Shown here: positions 1 through 10,950 of the stretch, in pieces | Numbering within the stretch: the stretch's first letter is position 1 | Layout of the letters: each line of letters begins with the position of its first letter | Virus record (IMG/VR): IMGVR_UViG_3300043409_003130 | Span: 1 to 64,000 of that record | From: a virus | Taxonomy: Duplodnaviria; Caudoviricetes | Direction: 5' to 3' (one strand) | DNA length: 64,000 nucleotides | Position numbers and translations under genes: made by a program | The notes under the pieces: generated by a model | What the model saw: the letters and a program-made list of their open reading frames with translations, nothing else | What the model was told of the DNA's origin: nothing | The model's database searches: none

Positions 1-1
1 A

Positions 2-3000
2 ATAGCATTTACTAATATTGAAAATATAAAAGCTGAATTACCTAATATAATTGTTAAAACTACAACCGACTGGTCTAAAATTAATAGAATATGTAATTCA
101 AGCTCAATCCTTAATTCTCAATTAACCACTTCAACCATTTCTAACTATTTAAGTACAGCAACTTTAATATTAGAAGATAAAGAAGAAGTTCAAATCAATT
201 ATAATTCTATTGAACTTAGAAAAATTGTAAAACCTAAATTAGGTATTTTATCAATGTTTGAAATTAAAGATTTTAATTTTGAATACCATTCAACTCAATA
301 TTCTAAAATACCGGAAATTGATCTATATCAATACTATTATATACCTAAAGATATTGCTATTTTAGATTTTACTAAATATGTGTATAGAGCAATCGGTTCA
401 GGTATTTTTTTAATAAACGAAACCCAATATAATATATCAGTAGGGTCAACTCAATATATTTCACAAAGTATAGCAGGTTTACATAAATATTCTGTACTTT
501 CTGGAAATGTAATATTAATTCAAACCAATTTAATTCCTCAAAACCAGACAGCTCGACGCCTTGATATTGCAATATTAGATCAGGATCAAAACTTTCAAAA
601 TTTTACTGGATTTTTTGGATTTGGAGCAGACCACAGTGCCCCAGACCCAAATTCAGCAACTTATCAATATAAAGAAAAATTTAAACCTAATAATTTAATT
701 AGCGAATATGCTGCATATTTAGAGAATTATTCAACTGAATTTGCAAATGATAGTAAAATTATTCCATATATTTCAAAATGGGGAATCATTGACTCGACTG
801 ATGCTAGAGGTAATCCATACCGATTAAATTCCGATATTTTATTTGGAAAAGATAATTTTGGACCATCACATAGAGAAAAGTCACCAAATGCTGAAAAGTT
901 AACACACGAATGGTTTTATATTGAATCTGATTTTAACTATTCAAGTAATATTGACCTACTTAAACAAAATTATTACTATTTTAATTCTCCATTAGACATT
1001 AATTTATTAATTAGTGAGGCTTCTTATTTTGAAAAATATTTTACATATGTTCCAACTCTTGATAATATTGAAGTAGATTTTCCACAGTTTAGATATTCTA
1101 AATTAATGAATAACTCATTTAGTCGTCAATATAATACACTATTTAATGGAATACAATTTAGATTTTCAGAATTAGACAGTAGCGGCGTGGTTTCACCTGG
1201 AACTACCCGATTTGAAGACTATAATTTTAGTATTTTATTAAAACCTGTACCTGAGGATTTAAAAAATCCGCAATCTCCAATTAAATATAGAATTATTGAA
1301 AATATTAATGCAAAGTCAATATTAATATTGATTGAAGTTGCACTTAGTGATATTTCAAAAATTAGTAATGAATTATTGTCTATTCCAACCGATTCTGACT
1401 TTGCTCGGGATAGTCGAGTTGACCAGAGTAATATATTAACGGGTAATGGTCTCATCACTGAGGATCAGGTTAGTAGTTTTCAAATAGACACAATCGTTGA
1501 GGTAACTAGCGTTGAAATAATTAAAAAATTATTTCTTAATAATTACTATTTAGATTTAATAGAGGCATTTACCGGGGCAACCGTAACTGACTCAATAACC
1601 GGAGAGGTTATTGTTAATGATAGAGTTAATGGGCTATATGTACCAATTGCTGGCGAAACGGTTTTAGTTAAATATACAGACTCATATAATATTATTCTTG
1701 CATTTTCTGAAAGTAAATTATTTAATGAAATAAAGTCAGGTAATATTACAAACGGCTCAGTTAATAATGCAGATGCAAATCAAAAATTTAATACAAGTAA
1801 AATATTACCAGCCTACATATCTACTGGAATTAGCTCAGGCATATACGGGCCGTCTAATTTACCGTTACCTGAACCAAAAGCCACTATTAATGTAGTTAAA
1901 GTGGTTGACTATCGATCAGTGGCCTATCCACCTGTATTAACTGGATCAAACAAATTAGCACTAAATATCGTTAAAACTGCGCTATTATCAATATTTGGAG
2001 ATTATAGAATTTCATTTAATTCAAATGGTGTCTCTAATTTAACCTATGCCTTTTTGTATGCAGCAAAAGATAAAAAATATAATACAACGGCCTCTGCCTT
2101 TTCAACGGTTAAGCTTGCAGTTGGCGTTGATTTAAGTCCGGGATTAATTAATTTAACCAGCAATGGTTATGTTATACCTGGTGCTAATCTTAAAGATCTT
2201 CCAGAAAACTATTTTAAACTAGAGGAATTTATTAATCCAACGAGTGCAAGTCATTCAACTCTAACTAATCCAACCAACGGAGATATTGCACCATTACCTG
2301 CATTTTCTCCATTAATGTTTATTAATTCAGTTGGTGAAATTTCAATATTATTAAAAACCAGCGCAGAATTTAATAATAATTTAACAAATACCTCATTAGA
2401 TATTAGTCGATCTGGAACAACCACCCATGCACTTAAAACTGTAAATAACAATTTATTAATAATTGATTCGCCTACTGTTATTTATGATATATTAAGTGAA
2501 GTTATTCCATTTAGTACTACAACAACTAGCACAAGTACTACAACAACTACCACAAAGGCCGGAGCAACGACAACAACTACCACTCTAGCCGGCGGTGTAA
2601 CTACTACTACCACTACGGTTATTAGTCAATTAAATTTAGCAATTAACTATGTTGGACAAAGCGTAATAACTAAATCATTTACTCTTCCATCTAAATTTAA
2701 AATTGGAGATATTGTTAAAATATATGCTATTGCTCAACCGACTGTTCATTATTTAATTGGTGCGGTTACTTTGGTAACTGAGACAGTATCTAATAGTGGA
2801 AATTTTTATGCGCTTACTGTATTAGTTCGTAGTCAAACCACGGCAGCCACAACAACTGTTCCAGATTGGGGTATTACCTGTACTCAAAATATTATTGTAT
2901 TAAAGCCGGCAGTAGTTACCAATGGTTCTACTGGGGTTAACCAAATTATATTAAATAAATCAAATTTTCCAAGTGGATCATCCTCTGAATGGTTATTAAA

Positions 3001-4228
3001 TACCCAACAATTTCAACTATTTGGTGGTAAAAATTACTTCTCAAATTTATTTAAAAATCTATCATTTGCTAATTTTAGTGAATTATTATTAAATCAGACA
3101 GATTTAATTTCCTATGAATCTTATATGGATGGAACGCTTTTGCCTGGTAAACAAATACAAATATCAGTTGAGCAAGCTGAACTTGTTAACAAAAATACAA
3201 TTATTTCAACGAGTCCAGAGTTTGTTCAAACCTCAAGTCAACAATTAATGGGAGGAGTAATTCATAGTGAATCTCTTTCTATTCCATACGAGATTTTTAG
3301 ATATTCTGGCGAATATGATATTGTGTATAAACCGGTTTCGAGTTTTAAATTTAATTCTAAATTAGGCTCAACTGATTTATCTGCATCAAATACATTCTTT
3401 AATACTGAGATTAAAAATTTCTTTACTATACCTGAATTTTATTTAGTTAAATATGCAGAGTCTAAAATTTTAGATTTTGAAGATTCTCAATCGTATTTAC
3501 CAGTATATCCATTAATTAATGAGTCACCTATTGATAAAACCAGTTATAATGCCCTATCTAGTAGTTGGGATTTTAATTATCACCAGTTATATAACACTAA
3601 AAATACCTATTCTTTAATACCTGGAAGTAGAAGAATTACTGAAGACTATTCATTTGTTTCAAAACTTATTAATTTACCAATGAGTATTACGGCTGAATCA
3701 TTTAATGTAGTTGAATTACCTATTTTTAATTTTGAAATGAATGATGCTACTTTTAAACAGTTTAATCCAAATGGACAATTTGTTGATTTTATATATGCGA
3801 TATACCCAAATGAAATTAGATTTAAAATAAACTTTGAACTCTTAATTTCAAGAGCCCTAATTATAAATGGCTTAAGATACCAGTTTAATAGATTTTTTAT
3901 TGATGGAAATACAATATTAACTAATGATTCTTTAGTATTTGGAACCTTAACCCAAGAGCAATATCTTTTAGCCTATTGTAAAGATAATTTATCTAAATTA
4001 TATAAGTTAGGCCAGGCTGAATTTTATATAAAATCAAATGGCGGATTAAAAAATACCGTTAATTTTGCGCAAGTTTCCTATGCTAATTTAGCAAGTAATG
4101 GATACACATTAGACTTAAATAATATTCAAATAAATAACACAGGTTCCGCAATATTAACTGGCTCAATACCAGCCGGCCAAAGCACCGGATTTAGCGTAGT
4201 TCCAAAATTAAAAATTAACTATATTTAA
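2..4228 (+). CDS. Large putative virion structural protein, 5'-truncated by window edge
   Basis: Frame is open from position 2 (IAFTNIENIKAELP...), so the Met at 254 is internal. Contains Thr-run linkers (STTTTSTSTTTTTTK) and lies in the structural gene cluster. No catalytic motif recognised. Confidence 0.6.
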   Translation: MAFTNIENIKAELPNIIVKTTTDWSKINRICNSSSILNSQLTTSTISNYLSTATLILEDKEEVQINYNSIELRKIVKPKLGILSMFEIKDFNFEYHSTQYSKIPEIDLYQYYYIPKDIAILDFTKYVYRAIGSGIFLINETQYNISVGSTQYISQSIAGLHKYSVLSGNVILIQTNLIPQNQTARRLDIAILDQDQNFQNFTGFFGFGADHSAPDPNSATYQYKEKFKPNNLISEYAAYLENYSTEFANDSKIIPYISKWGIIDSTDARGNPYRLNSDILFGKDNFGPSHREKSPNAEKLTHEWFYIESDFNYSSNIDLLKQNYYYFNSPLDINLLISEASYFEKYFTYVPTLDNIEVDFPQFRYSKLMNNSFSRQYNTLFNGIQFRFSELDSSGVVSPGTTRFEDYNFSILLKPVPEDLKNPQSPIKYRIIENINAKSILILIEVALSDISKISNELLSIPTDSDFARDSRVDQSNILTGNGLITEDQVSSFQIDTIVEVTSVEIIKKLFLNNYYLDLIEAFTGATVTDSITGEVIVNDRVNGLYVPIAGETVLVKYTDSYNIILAFSESKLFNEIKSGNITNGSVNNADANQKFNTSKILPAYISTGISSGIYGPSNLPLPEPKATINVVKVVDYRSVAYPPVLTGSNKLALNIVKTALLSIFGDYRISFNSNGVSNLTYAFLYAAKDKKYNTTASAFSTVKLAVGVDLSPGLINLTSNGYVIPGANLKDLPENYFKLEEFINPTSASHSTLTNPTNGDIAPLPAFSPLMFINSVGEISILLKTSAEFNNNLTNTSLDISRSGTTTHALKTVNNNLLIIDSPTVIYDILSEVIPFSTTTTSTSTTTTTTKAGATTTTTTLAGGVTTTTTTVISQLNLAINYVGQSVITKSFTLPSKFKIGDIVKIYAIAQPTVHYLIGAVTLVTETVSNSGNFYALTVLVRSQTTAATTTVPDWGITCTQNIIVLKPAVVTNGSTGVNQIILNKSNFPSGSSSEWLLNTQQFQLFGGKNYFSNLFKNLSFANFSELLLNQTDLISYESYMDGTLLPGKQIQISVEQAELVNKNTIISTSPEFVQTSSQQLMGGVIHSESLSIPYEIFRYSGEYDIVYKPVSSFKFNSKLGSTDLSASNTFFNTEIKNFFTIPEFYLVKYAESKILDFEDSQSYLPVYPLINESPIDKTSYNALSSSWDFNYHQLYNTKNTYSLIPGSRRITEDYSFVSKLINLPMSITAESFNVVELPIFNFEMNDATFKQFNPNGQFVDFIYAIYPNEIRFKINFELLISRALIINGLRYQFNRFFIDGNTILTNDSLVFGTLTQEQYLLAYCKDNLSKLYKLGQAEFYIKSNGGLKNTVNFAQVSYANLASNGYTLDLNNIQINNTGSAILTGSIPAGQSTGFSVVPKLKINYI

Positions 4229-6600
4229 TGGCAATAAACATTAACCTAAAAGAAATATTTTCAAACGATAGCGCTGGAGACATTTCATCTAAATTAAATT
4301 TTAATTTTAATCAGTTACTTGCACTTGGTGTAGGCCAAACTGGTTTACAGGGAGAAACTGGATCAAGCGGTTCAGCTGGACCAATTGGCCCAACTGGCTT
4401 AACTGGCGAAAACGGCCCAGTAATATGGTCATCTACTAGTGGATCAACCTCATCACTTGGAGCAAGCTCACCTGCGAATTCAGTAGTTGGAGACTATTAT
4501 ATTAGTGATGACGCTATTTATAAAAAAAATACAGCAGGTACCGATTGGGAAATTATTACAAATTTTAGTAATTTATTTAGTGCAGTTTCTGTAGCTGGAA
4601 CAGTTTCATGGCAAACTGGCATAAATAGTTCTGCTATTTCTAGACTTATTGTAAATACTAGAAATTCAAATGGCCTTGACCGAATTACTACACTTGGAAC
4701 AAGTGGAAATTATGATACAAATTTTCCAAATTGGAAAGCAGCCGATGCTACTTCTCAAAATTCACAAGCTACCCTTTTTAATTTTGATGCAAATACGGTA
4801 AAGTATTATATAGCAGGTAGCGCTGATACTAATGGATATACAGTTACGCCAACTACTAATCAAGCAGGTAGTGCATTAACCGATGAAGTTTTTCCGTATA
4901 CTTCACTACTTTCTCTATATTCATTTTTTAATAGTGCAGATGCGCCAACCGAAGCTAGTCAATATTCTGGAAATATTGGATATAGACACCAGCTTGAACT
5001 AGGTTCAGTTGACGAATTAACTGAAGGTTTGCATGGAACTGCTGGTGCAAGTTCAACATATGTAGTAAGTCCAACCTATCAAAATTTAAGAATTAGAAAA
5101 TATAGAATTGCTGATACCGGTGGAAGTTTTGGTGGAAATAGTGTTATCCTAACTGATTTTAATCTACATGCAGAGGATGGCGTAACCACACCAGCCTTAA
5201 CGTCAAAAATGAGGTGGAGAGTTAATAAAAAAACATCTGCCACTAATAGTACAGGTTCAGTAATTACCTTAACTTTAAATGCTGGAATAGCTGAGGCCAG
5301 TTCAAGTAATAGTATTAGAAACAGTTTAATTACTGAAGTTGACGGTCTTCATTTAGTATCCAGTGAGTCTGGTGGGGGAGTAGGCCCATTTAGATTAGCA
5401 ATTGGGTTTGACTCAGCTAATATTACTAATACTACGAACAAAGCTATAATTAGTTCAGATAGTACAAGTTCAGTAAGTTCAATTACATTTGCTAAATTAC
5501 CAATTACGATAACCAATTCAGCTGCTAATATTACATTGGCTACTACTGGAATTACCTCAAATTCAGTTACTACAATTTCATCAACCAGTACACCAGGTGC
5601 AGGCGATGATGGTATTACAATAAGTTCAACCGGTGGCGGTATTGGTTTATATTCTGGAACAAGCGGTCGATCCATTAAAATTGGCGGAACCAAGGCAAGT
5701 CCAGCAATTACTATTTTAAATACCAGATTAGCGAGTGCTATTCCATTTGCAACCTCTACTGGTACAGCCCCTACCTATTCAAGTACGGATGCCAATACTC
5801 TCGATGAATATCAAGAAGGTACGTTTGTGCCAACTGTTGCATATCTATTTAATGGAGCACCTTTAAATCTATTACCTGCTGAAACTGGTATATTAAGTGC
5901 AAATGAACCAACTATTAGTGGAAATTATGGAATTTATACAAAAATTGGAAAATTAATTCAATTTACAATTAAATTTTCAATAGAAAATTGGTATATTTCT
6001 GCTACTTCAGCTCTAGCTGCTCAGGCTCCGCTTAATGCATTTACCGCATATGATAATATTGATAAATTAAATGTTGGAAATATTGCAAAAACTGCAACTG
6101 ACTTTTATCACTATTATGGTCAAGAACAATATCAAATTGCAATATCTGGAATACCAAATCACTGGCCTGATCTAAACGGAACTGGTCAAAGCGGATACGG
6201 GACAGCCGATATGCACTTTAATGTTTCATTAAATCCAAGAACTCTTACCAATACCGACTCTTGCATTAGAACCTTTCCAATGGACTATTCATATGGAGCT
6301 GGAAGCACAGCGTCAACCCATCCTTTTGAAGCAATTGATCCAGCCTCTATCTATGCACAATTTAATAAACAGGGAAGCGGCGCAGGTGCTACTCCTGAAC
6401 TTAGACTATACGGCAATCGTAAAAGTTGGTCTGATTTAACATCAAATCCGTTTGCTGGTTTATTAGGTAATGTAAGTGGAATACGCTCAAATGTATCAAT
6501 ATATGATTTTTTAACCATTAAGAATCCTATTGCTAACGGTAATATAATTGATGTTGTTATAAGTGGCAGTTATTTAACTGGACACACAACTGCACCTTAA
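4228..6600 (+). CDS. Tail-fibre-like protein with short collagen-like segment
   Basis: N-terminal KLNFNF motif followed by G-X-Y repeats (GQTGLQGETGSSGSAGPIGPTGLTGENGP). C-terminal NTLDEYQEGTFVPT resembles the 'LDDYEEGTWTP' phage fibre motif. Confidence 0.6.
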   Translation: MAININLKEIFSNDSAGDISSKLNFNFNQLLALGVGQTGLQGETGSSGSAGPIGPTGLTGENGPVIWSSTSGSTSSLGASSPANSVVGDYYISDDAIYKKNTAGTDWEIITNFSNLFSAVSVAGTVSWQTGINSSAISRLIVNTRNSNGLDRITTLGTSGNYDTNFPNWKAADATSQNSQATLFNFDANTVKYYIAGSADTNGYTVTPTTNQAGSALTDEVFPYTSLLSLYSFFNSADAPTEASQYSGNIGYRHQLELGSVDELTEGLHGTAGASSTYVVSPTYQNLRIRKYRIADTGGSFGGNSVILTDFNLHAEDGVTTPALTSKMRWRVNKKTSATNSTGSVITLTLNAGIAEASSSNSIRNSLITEVDGLHLVSSESGGGVGPFRLAIGFDSANITNTTNKAIISSDSTSSVSSITFAKLPITITNSAANITLATTGITSNSVTTISSTSTPGAGDDGITISSTGGGIGLYSGTSGRSIKIGGTKASPAITILNTRLASAIPFATSTGTAPTYSSTDANTLDEYQEGTFVPTVAYLFNGAPLNLLPAETGILSANEPTISGNYGIYTKIGKLIQFTIKFSIENWYISATSALAAQAPLNAFTAYDNIDKLNVGNIAKTATDFYHYYGQEQYQIAISGIPNHWPDLNGTGQSGYGTADMHFNVSLNPRTLTNTDSCIRTFPMDYSYGAGSTASTHPFEAIDPASIYAQFNKQGSGAGATPELRLYGNRKSWSDLTSNPFAGLLGNVSGIRSNVSIYDFLTIKNPIANGNIIDVVISGSYLTGHTTAP

Positions 6601-7391
6601 GCTTTTAATTTAAATGGAATGCTCTTTTGCTTTTCCAATAGTCTATGGAAATCTAAAAGAGCATTTGCATCAAAGCCGTGCAACTGATTCATAATTCGAT
6701 TTAATAAAATTGTATCTTTTGCTAAATAAATTCGGTTTATTGGATCTATATTAAGTCCGCCTCCGATTACCATTACATTTTTATCAGGATCAAAATCGTT
6801 AAGTAGTGGCATCTCCTTTAATAGTCGGTCTTTAAATTTATTCTCTTTTAAATTAGGTAATTTAATTGTTTTCATTACCGATACTGAATATCCAAGATTT
6901 CTAGTACTTTTTAAATTTAACTTAATAATTTCATAGTGATCTGGCTCAAGCGTTTTACACACTAAATAAACCCGGTCTTGATTATGAATCCACGAATTAT
7001 TAAAATAAAAATGTATTTTTTCTAAACTCAATATCTGTTTCTCTAAATATTCAGTCATTGTCTCTGCTAAAATTAACGAAGTTTCTTTGATAATTTCTTT
7101 ACCTAGACTATCAGTCTTTTGAGAAAGCTGAGAAATAACAGATAATAAATTAATATTTGTATTAACCACATTAAGGCCAGAATCATATAATTTACCATCT
7201 GATATAATTGTATTAATATTTAAATAGTGAAAAACAATTTCATAAAAATTATCAAATTTTCCAAGTTCTAGATTTTTAAGATATGCCTGTTTTGCCCCAA
7301 GCAGAAGATATGTATAATATTCAAGGTCGACTTTATATGCTTGACAGATCCATGTAGGGTCAAGTATTTGTTTAGGGTTTAGAGATTTCAT
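6597..7391 (-). CDS. Hypothetical protein; likely start MKSLNPKQ at 7391 rather than 7475
   Basis: The longer start overlaps the divergent gene and its promoter. An ATAAATA motif at 7412-7418 (minus strand) lies just upstream of the ATG at 7391. Stop overlaps the convergent stop (TTAA 6597-6600). Confidence 0.6.
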   Translation of the reverse strand: MKSLNPKQILDPTWICQAYKVDLEYYTYLLLGAKQAYLKNLELGKFDNFYEIVFHYLNINTIISDGKLYDSGLNVVNTNINLLSVISQLSQKTDSLGKEIIKETSLILAETMTEYLEKQILSLEKIHFYFNNSWIHNQDRVYLVCKTLEPDHYEIIKLNLKSTRNLGYSVSVMKTIKLPNLKENKFKDRLLKEMPLLNDFDPDKNVMVIGGGLNIDPINRIYLAKDTILLNRIMNQLHGFDANALLDFHRLLEKQKSIPFKLKA

Positions 7392-7469
7392 AAAGTAACC
7401 CAGTTTATTATTATTTATTTGAGAGGTATTTCCGGTAACACTGGGATAAATAACAAAAAGATGGTTTAA

Positions 7470-9539
7470 ATGCAAATTGTAGCTTATAAAATAATACCAG
7501 ACGTATCTAAAAATTCAATTAGTTTCAGTAAAAATTACAGGATTTTTTCAACCGGAGAACCATTAGAGCAGGCAATTCAAATAACTGGGTTCGTTGATGA
7601 TATTGACTTGGGTTCAGCCAATTCAGCCTACATTATTAGAAAATTAAGATATTCAACAGATAAGGCAAATTGGTCGCTATGGTATTCATTTACTGAAGAC
7701 AATTTAACTAATTTAACAGATTTAGCCTTTTCAGAATCTAATATTTTCTTTGAGGTTAAATATGAATATGACGATTCTACCTATTCGGCAATCACAACTC
7801 CATTAGCCGTAAATGAAATAAAAATCAGAGTTAAGAGTTCTAAAATACAGGCTGATTTATTTACACCAACCACATATTGTTCATCAGAACAGTGTCCAGC
7901 CCTAATTGCCGAACGTGAAGCAAGCTTTAAACCATATGAACTTAATACAGCAATCGGAATTGCTCATGAATTAAGCTTTCAAACCAATAAATTATTTGGG
8001 CATGAGGTTATCTATTTTAAAACTGAGCCAGATAGAGAAGGAACAGATTTTATATTTAAAGAATATACCTTATTTAAAACAACTGATCGTCAGTGTATTA
8101 AAATACTTGTGCCTGAAAATAAATTCCCAGATAATAAGCCTAACTTTACTGATTTTGGAGTTGATTTTGCAATGGATATACCATTTGAAATTCATATTGA
8201 TAATACCTATTTTCAAATGATTTTTGGAAAAAAGTCTCAGCCTAGAAAACGCGACTATATATTTATTCCATTAGTAAATAGAATGTACGAAATACAGGGT
8301 TCATATCTATATAGAGGATTTGGACTAGAGCCAATTTATTGGAAAATCCAACTGGTTAAATTTAATCCAAATATTGATATGTTTATGAAAGCCGCAGATC
8401 GAACGTTTTTAGATAATATTATTGTATCGACTGAGCAATTATTTGGTGCAGAGGCTGAAGTTCAGAAAAAAGATGCTCTTAATAAACAGCAATTTTCTAC
8501 TATTTCTACCAAATTTGATGAATCCAGACAAAGACTACACCCAGATATAAAAAATAAAATTTTAGATATTACTTTTAACTATTCTCCACTAATTGAATAT
8601 TATTATGATCTTAGCGGCGTATTACCAGCAATTGTTAATTATACGTTAACTGAATCTGCATCGTCCTCTGCCCAAATACTGACAACAACCTCTCCATATG
8701 AAGTTTATGCATATGAATCCAGTAATATTTTTAGTAATTGGCTATCAAATGATTTGGTTACTGGTGATGCTGCTGTAATTAGTGCAACCCAAAATGCCGT
8801 AATTAAAATGAACGGCCCAAAGGATTCATTTACTGCTTCTGGTAAATATGTAGTTGTTGAAGGTTATAAAAACCTTGGCCTAAAATCAACTGAGCGTAGA
8901 GATTTAGTAGCCACGGCTAATGTAATTCAACTTAAGCAGGCTGAGCATGCGGTTGTCTATAAAAAGCCAGCCTCAACTACTGATACTCCAAATATGACAT
9001 TTAGTGCAATTGTTAACTTTAATAGGGTTGCCCAGAATGTGATATTTTTTAGAGGATATGATGATTATACACAAAAAGGATTAGTCATCTCAGGCACAAT
9101 TGTAGATAACTCAGGCGTACCTAATCTAACCATTTATGTCAAAATAAATGAAACGCAATATTCATTTCCAGTAGGTAATATTGAATATTTAAAATGGTAT
9201 CCACTAATTGTTCCAATTTCATCTGAATTTAATCAGCTTGAGGTTAATATGTACTCGCTAAGACAGGACCCTGCAAATATTAAAAACTTTAATAAAATTC
9301 TTCCAGTGTATTCGCATTATGTAAAAACTCAGGCCTTTACTTTTAATACAACTTCATCTTGGTCAATTCCTAGTGCTAATTATTCAATTGCAAATATTAG
9401 ACTCTTTAATACAATGATCCAGACTGAAGATCATGAATTTATTGTAAGCCAGCTGTTTATTAGGGATGAATCTGTTCTGTCAATAATTGATAATGCTCGA
9501 CCTAGATTAAATATTCCATTCATTGGAATTAATAGATAA
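7470..9539 (+). CDS. Neck/head-closure protein (T4 gp14-like core) with extra N- and C-terminal domains
   Basis: LFGHEVIYFK...DFIFKEY...FEIHI...FG...PRKRDYIFIPLVNRMYEI resembles the gp14 pattern. C-terminus (IANIRLFN) is LamG-like. Confidence 0.6.
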   Translation: MQIVAYKIIPDVSKNSISFSKNYRIFSTGEPLEQAIQITGFVDDIDLGSANSAYIIRKLRYSTDKANWSLWYSFTEDNLTNLTDLAFSESNIFFEVKYEYDDSTYSAITTPLAVNEIKIRVKSSKIQADLFTPTTYCSSEQCPALIAEREASFKPYELNTAIGIAHELSFQTNKLFGHEVIYFKTEPDREGTDFIFKEYTLFKTTDRQCIKILVPENKFPDNKPNFTDFGVDFAMDIPFEIHIDNTYFQMIFGKKSQPRKRDYIFIPLVNRMYEIQGSYLYRGFGLEPIYWKIQLVKFNPNIDMFMKAADRTFLDNIIVSTEQLFGAEAEVQKKDALNKQQFSTISTKFDESRQRLHPDIKNKILDITFNYSPLIEYYYDLSGVLPAIVNYTLTESASSSAQILTTTSPYEVYAYESSNIFSNWLSNDLVTGDAAVISATQNAVIKMNGPKDSFTASGKYVVVEGYKNLGLKSTERRDLVATANVIQLKQAEHAVVYKKPASTTDTPNMTFSAIVNFNRVAQNVIFFRGYDDYTQKGLVISGTIVDNSGVPNLTIYVKINETQYSFPVGNIEYLKWYPLIVPISSEFNQLEVNMYSLRQDPANIKNFNKILPVYSHYVKTQAFTFNTTSSWSIPSANYSIANIRLFNTMIQTEDHEFIVSQLFIRDESVLSIIDNARPRLNIPFIGINR

Positions 9540-9551
9540 ATACTATAAGAT

Positions 9552-10904
9552 ATGTATACTGATATAAACAAGCGCAACCTATTTGAAAATGTAAATCTTG
9601 GATTTGAATTCGAGTTTTTTTCACCAACTAGTAGAAAAGAACTTTCTGAAAAATTAACTAAATATCTTGGTAAAAAGGTAGAATGGTCTGAATCATATCA
9701 TTCACGGCAACCAGTATCTCAAAATGTATTTAAAATTGAACCTGATTTTTCAGGAGGCTTTAAAATGAATGAGCTTATTACTGGAGTAATGCCGTATAAT
9801 GAAGCAATTCATGTAATGTTTAAGGTTTTTAATTTTATTGCAGAACATGGATTTACGAGTGAAAGAACTGGAATTCATATTAATATTTCATTAAATGAGG
9901 ATGCTTTAGAGCTAAAAAGTAAATTACAGACCTTAAATGTATTTAAATATATTTTAAATTTAGATGAGGCTAAAATATTTGAAATGTGGCCATCTGCTAA
10001 ATCTAGGACCCAACGAATTTATAAAAACTCAGTATTAAACATTTATCCAAAAACTAAATTTATTGCTGAAAAAAGTTTGCTATATTCTGGTCCAGCAAAC
10101 CCAAGTAATTTTAACCTACCGCATTCTAAATATTTTGGTTTAAATTTTACAAAGTTATCAAATAATTATCTTGAAGTTAGATATGCAGGCGGTGAAGGTT
10201 ATCAAAATAAACGAAAAGAGTCAGTTGACCTAATTAACTATATTGCAGAAAGCCTCTACTCAGTTTTACAAACAAATAATGAATATTCAGTAAACGAAAC
10301 CCGAAAAATAAATGATATATTAAAGGTTCATACTGATTTAATAAACTCAGTTAAAACATTTGAAGGATTTAAGAGATCATATCCTGACCTTGAGCTATAT
10401 ATTGACTTAAGAGATGATCCTCGAATTGTTGAAGCTAACTATGCCAATGTTAAAGAAAAAATATTTGAGTTAATTACAACTGGTAATCTCCGAAAAGGCT
10501 TAATTAATTATGATACTTCGGCCCAACGGCTTCAATTAAAGGACTCAAAACTAAAAGAGGGATTTTCAATTAATAATATTGATTTTATAAATTGTTCAAT
10601 TGAAGGAGAAATCACAAATTGTAACCTATTTGGTAGTAAAGTAAGATCATCACATATTAGAGAGTGTAGAATTATAACTGGTAATGATATACGATATTGT
10701 TATATTAAAAATTGTCAATTTGAAAGAGACGGAGTTAACCGAATTGACCTTACCTATATTAAAAGTAAACCTGAATATCCTATTTATGCTGATTTAAATG
10801 AGTGTATTATTAGATCAGGAACACTTGGCCTAAACTGTAAAGTTGATTCAAAAACAGAATTTATAAAAGCATATACACCATCCAATAATTCAGATAAGTT
10901 ATAA
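9552..10904 (+). CDS. Putative amidoligase (COOH-NH2 ligase family)
   Basis: Motifs GFEFEF, IEPDFS, ELITG, TGIHINIS, KYFGLN and YLEVRYAGG appear in family order. C-terminal repeat region resembles a beta-helix. Confidence 0.75.
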   Translation: MYTDINKRNLFENVNLGFEFEFFSPTSRKELSEKLTKYLGKKVEWSESYHSRQPVSQNVFKIEPDFSGGFKMNELITGVMPYNEAIHVMFKVFNFIAEHGFTSERTGIHINISLNEDALELKSKLQTLNVFKYILNLDEAKIFEMWPSAKSRTQRIYKNSVLNIYPKTKFIAEKSLLYSGPANPSNFNLPHSKYFGLNFTKLSNNYLEVRYAGGEGYQNKRKESVDLINYIAESLYSVLQTNNEYSVNETRKINDILKVHTDLINSVKTFEGFKRSYPDLELYIDLRDDPRIVEANYANVKEKIFELITTGNLRKGLINYDTSAQRLQLKDSKLKEGFSINNIDFINCSIEGEITNCNLFGSKVRSSHIRECRIITGNDIRYCYIKNCQFERDGVNRIDLTYIKSKPEYPIYADLNECIIRSGTLGLNCKVDSKTEFIKAYTPSNNSDKL

Positions 10905-10950
10905 TACGATTAGCAATAATAAATAAAGAAAAAGATACCAATTAATAAAC

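Noticed and set aside
7392-7475. N-terminal extension of the minus-strand ORF given in the ORF track
   Set aside because: It overlaps the divergent gene start and both ATAAATA motifs; the ATG at 7391 is more plausible.
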